From Ascidiella aspersa (Eukaryota), in the NCBI GenBank assembly GCA_963924565.1, contig OZ004608.1:37014001-37078000 (forward strand): DNA of 64,000 nucleotides, in the 5' to 3' direction. The notes under the pieces are model-generated. The model did not search any database. It was not told the origin of the DNA and saw nothing but the letters and a program-made list of their open reading frames with translations. The first letter of the stretch is position 1; every line of letters starts with the position of its first letter. Shown in pieces: positions 59,889 through 64,000 of the stretch. A program made the translations under genes and the position numbers.

Positions 59889-62800
59889 TATAACAACAAG
59901 ACAAAGTTGTTTTTATTTTTGTTGTGCTTTTTCTTACTTTTTAGAAACATAAAAAAATATTATTTGTCTTTTTTCTCTTTGCTGTGATGTAAATTAAATT
60001 TCGGATACCTTTAGGGTTAACTAACCCGAAAGCCATTTTATATTTTAGTTCGTTTTTATTTTTCTGCTGAGTTTTGTGGCAACAATTTGTTATCTCATGG
60101 CGTAACCCAGTAGCCTACACTACTGTACATTGAGTGAAAGGATATATACAAAAGGGTGTATCTTTATGGAATCCAAAACCATGGCCAGTAAGTTTCTGCT
60201 TGTTGATCACAGTTTCGCTGCACGTATGTTAACAATGCCATTGCCAATTCGGGCGACAATACAGAATCGTTGGATGTCGCTATAGCGGCATATTTGGAGA
60301 AAAACCGACGCATCTAGAAAACATATCACTTCAAAGTTGTTGCTAACCTTATCCTGCAAACCAAAGTAGTATTTAATGCCATCAATGCCTAATGTAAGAC
60401 ATGTCAATGAAACGAATATTTACACATAAGAGATTTTATTATTCCAAGCTCAACGAATTTAAGTTTTCCTTAAATACTGTTCGATTTTATTCAACAAATC
60501 TAAGTTTTGCTTAAAAATTGTTCGTTTAAATCTAATTGTTTTTGCTTAATCACTGTTCGTTTTCAGCTTCCCAAAATGCTTCTAAAACGTTCTTTGTCGC
60601 AAAACGATATATATAAATTTAAATGGATTGACATAGTTCTTCTAATTGCACGGTATACAAATGATTGATATGCATCTGTAACCTTTTGTTTTTTGTTTTT
60701 GGATTGGTAAGATAAAACGTCTAGCCTGTGGTGAGATTTTGAACTCGCAACTAGGTCATACCGCATCCATACCCAAAACAATTGGCAAATGTAGGTTAAG
60801 TGGTGAAATAATTGAGAATTTGTTGCCTGTCAAATCCTGTCCTGAGTGTTCATTTATAAAATAGTTTTAAAGTTAATTAACATTGCAAAATCAAGCAAAA
60901 AAACGCACTAGTCTAATGTAACGATGCTATTACATAGTTTATATCACACGTTTATACGTCTTTATATTTTCCGAGCTTCAGACGATTTTAATGTTTGCAA
61001 TTCATTAGTAGTTATATTTTTAAGGGGTGAGATTAGAACAATAGGTTGTTTGTAAAGAGATCGACTTTTAAAAATAATAGTCTATTATAGCTACAACCTC
61101 TGCAATTTATTTTAAGGACTTCTTTAAAGTTAAAATTTGGCCACCAATAAAACAACACCGCTCGCATCCGCTTGATGGCGACAAAGAGGGTATATCTTTC
61201 AGAAAACACAGAAATAAATTGGGATACCGAGCTTTGCCATGCTAACCATAAATTTGGAGAATAAAAGGTAATCTGCCTACTTGTAAAACAGTGATTTGAA
61301 CTTTCGAAAGTACTTACCTGCGTAATTTAAATTTTTTCAAGGGCTGCAACATAAAAAGCGACTTTTTGGCGGGCCGCATAAGTACTGCGTATTAAATTAA
61401 GTCGACATCACCTAGTTAGAAAAAATTGAACAAACCGCCTAGGTTACTTTTAAAGAAACGTATTATCATTGCCGTATTATTGATATTAACGAATACGTAA
61501 AAGTATTCCACACTTTTTCTAATCAAGAATATAAACGAAGAAAATGTTATTACATCGTTTGCCGCATTTAATTGCCCATAAAATACTTTATCTTATTTGA
61601 ACATCAAAGTAATAAACCGTAAAATGTTATTATATCGTGTCGTACAGCCATTACAGTAAGAAAGCTTTTTGTAACATCAATTTTTTTTTTTTTTTTTTTT
61701 AACATCAATTTTGGGTCAAAACCTAAGTTAATGTGAAGTTATAGTGTGAAGCCGACTAATATAAGTTGCATATCTTAATCTTATAACTATTAAATTGCAT
61801 TAAAGCATGTGAGTAAATGTATTATTTAACGACAATAAGCAAAATTCCACCACTACGCGTCGCTAGATGCTAAAACAATCATCCAGATGATCCGAAACCT
61901 GTGTGACATTCGTGATGCCCGACTCGCGCGGCCCTTTATTGCCTCACGGCGATGCCGCGTTGTGATTGGCTGAACCCGCCGGTGTGGCTTGTATCACGAA
62001 GGTCACCTGACTTTCGCAAGTTTTTGAAATTGTTGCCATGGGTCGCCAACTTAAAAACTCAGTGTTTTAACAAAGAGCAAAACAAAAGAGCCTTAGAGTC
62101 AGCGTACAACAGAGTTGGCGTTACATCGCGATTGAATTTCTATTTACCAACGCAATTGATCAAAGCCCATAGCATTCCAAAAGCCGTGTTCGTGTGTTCG
62201 TGTGTTTGTGTATTGTGTGAACAGCTTCCCTTCATGAACTACAGGTTGGTTCCCAAGCAAATACAGTTTTTTCTTTAACTATTTTGATGTTTGATTTTGA
62301 GCACAAAATTTCACCGAAGATAGAGATATCCGGTAATAAAAGCCGATGTCTATAATACCAGCTCATTGTATTTATACGATACTTTTTTATGTTAAAAGGC
62401 AAAAAATAGTAAACTAACAATCGTAGGTAACTATAGTTTTAATGCTAAACCAAATTTACAACCCGAAACGTTTTCTCAACTTGTAGTCCTCTGATTTGTT
62501 TCAATAACTTAGTTCACATGGCTCTTCTGCGTTTGACTTTTAACATGTTTGCGTATTTAAAAGTAATGATGAAGCGGTACTTCTCGCCCAAAATACCACG
62601 AAAAAAATCGGAAAAGAATACCAAGTATTAGACATTCTTATAACTTCCTATAACAGACGATAGAGCCGTACCACATCCATTGGCCCAGAAAACAATTTAA
62701 TCTACTAAAACGAAAAAACGCTTTTTTTCCATAATACAATACTTCAATGGATATCAAAAATAACATCAAATCTTAAAAAATACAAGCCAGTTTTTTTCTT

Positions 62801-63109
62801 TAAGACATAGGAAATAGGAAATATAATGCTTAACTCGTTGTACAGCCAGCATGCCCATGTAAAAGTTTACTGATGGACTGATTTTGAACTTTTTTTACAT
62901 TTGTACATCAAGGAAATATCCAATCAAACTTTTACCTATCTATGACATATAAAAACAAATATTTTTTTGGAACAACAAATATATGCTAAACAACAACTAC
63001 AAACAAAGCGAGGAAGAATATATATAAGAAGATATATAAGCAAGAAAGGTAGCATATAAGCATGTTTGTCATTATATACAATTGATTTTGTTAGTTTTTT
63101 GTGATGAAA

Positions 63110-63945
63110 CTAGCAATACGTGTTCAATCGTTGATCTAACATAGGCTTTGTTTTTTCCATGTGCATCATTTTTTCGATTTCATCGTCAAAATCAATGGCT
63201 ATTTCAAAGCACTCAAGCGCTTGTTGTAGCACTAATTTAGCCTCGGAGGCTTGTGACAAGTGCAAGTAGGCTGAGGCCAGGTTGTGAAGATAAGTGCCGT
63301 AATATTTACGTTTTGTAACTTCCTCTGCTTCATACATACCCTCCATGAAACTTATGGCGTGTTTTAGAGTCTTTATCCTGCCACGATGGTTATTTGCGAA
63401 ATGTTGGATTATTTCAAGAGAGTGAAAACAGGTTACTTTAACTTCGAAAAATGGGTTTCTGGTGTCATTTATGCACGGGGTTCCAAGAATATGATCTATT
63501 AAAACATGACAAGTTGGAATGACATGCTTTCTAATTAAGGGTCTAGCTTTGTCACACTTTTTTATTAATTTGTCTGTTGCTTTTGCCATGTGTGTCATGC
63601 AGTTTCTATGATGGACAGCATTAAGGGCCGTAAGCTGCGTTTTATCGGTAATTTCTGCAGCAATTTTGAAAAGTAATATTGCAAAAATATAATCATCCTT
63701 AGCCAAGTATCTTTTACCCGATGCCATGACTTCAAGAAAAGTACACTCAAGATTATCACGCACAATTTCAACTAGCGAGTTAAATACGTCTGAAACATGT
63801 TCATTGTGTTCAGTAAGCATTAAACTGGCGCAATAATCAAATTTAAACTTAACATCACGGACTGAATCCGGAAAGCGCCCCATGTCGCTCAATATGCCTT
63901 TAGCTTCACTGTAGTCTCCCTGGCTCATCAGAGCGTTGGCCTTGG
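63110..63945 (-). CDS. Terminal exon (or near-complete CDS) of an all-helical TPR-like protein
   Basis: Uninterrupted ~280-codon ORF with TPR-like segments (YGTYLHNLASAYLHLSQASEAKLVLQQALE; AKANALMSQGDYSEAK). A polypyrimidine tract plus TTCAG acceptor precedes 63945, so the 5' part may lie outside the window. Confidence 0.75.
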
Positions 63946-64000
63946 CTGAAATATAAACCACAACAAAATAAGTAAAAATAACCCACTTAGAAAAATATAT

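Noticed and set aside
60180-62300. Additional gene between gene C and the TPR-like gene (coding-like patches at 60.2-60.8 kb, CCAAT/CpG patch at ~61.9 kb)
   Set aside because: Could not assemble a consistent spliced ORF or recognise a domain.

Overview
AT-rich eukaryotic (animal) genomic DNA with spliceosomal introns. Short introns, expanded BTB-Kelch genes and the transposon types would fit a marine invertebrate such as an ascidian, but that is inference only. The window has two compartments. (1) About 1-29 kb is a field of decayed, internally duplicated mobile DNA. Nearly all recognisable protein remnants there lie on the minus strand: Penelope-like RT/GIY-YIG, two paralogous SGNH/GDSL esterase domains, several Ulp1/C48 cysteine-protease domains, and a recurrent orphan helical ORF ('EWLARPG') with 75-bp coding repeats at its C-terminus. 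It also holds three minimal hammerhead ribozymes, a Gypsy gag-pro remnant and a hAT remnant. My best candidate for a new system is that these co-oriented modules are remnants of one giant multi-ORF Penelope-like retroelement, reminiscent of bdelloid Terminons but with Ulp1 proteases. (2) About 31-64 kb holds three paralogous 12-exon BTB-BACK-Kelch genes (A minus, B minus, C plus). Exons 1-7 have identical lengths, the propeller exons vary in length, and a C-terminal NPFE motif is conserved in B and C but lost by frameshift in A. This part also has MITEs, tRNA-like repeats, a deleted LTR element, a CMC/EnSpm-like insertion, a 2.8-kb intronic satellite and the last exon of a TPR-like gene. Exon coordinates and translations were derived by hand and have not been checked against databases.
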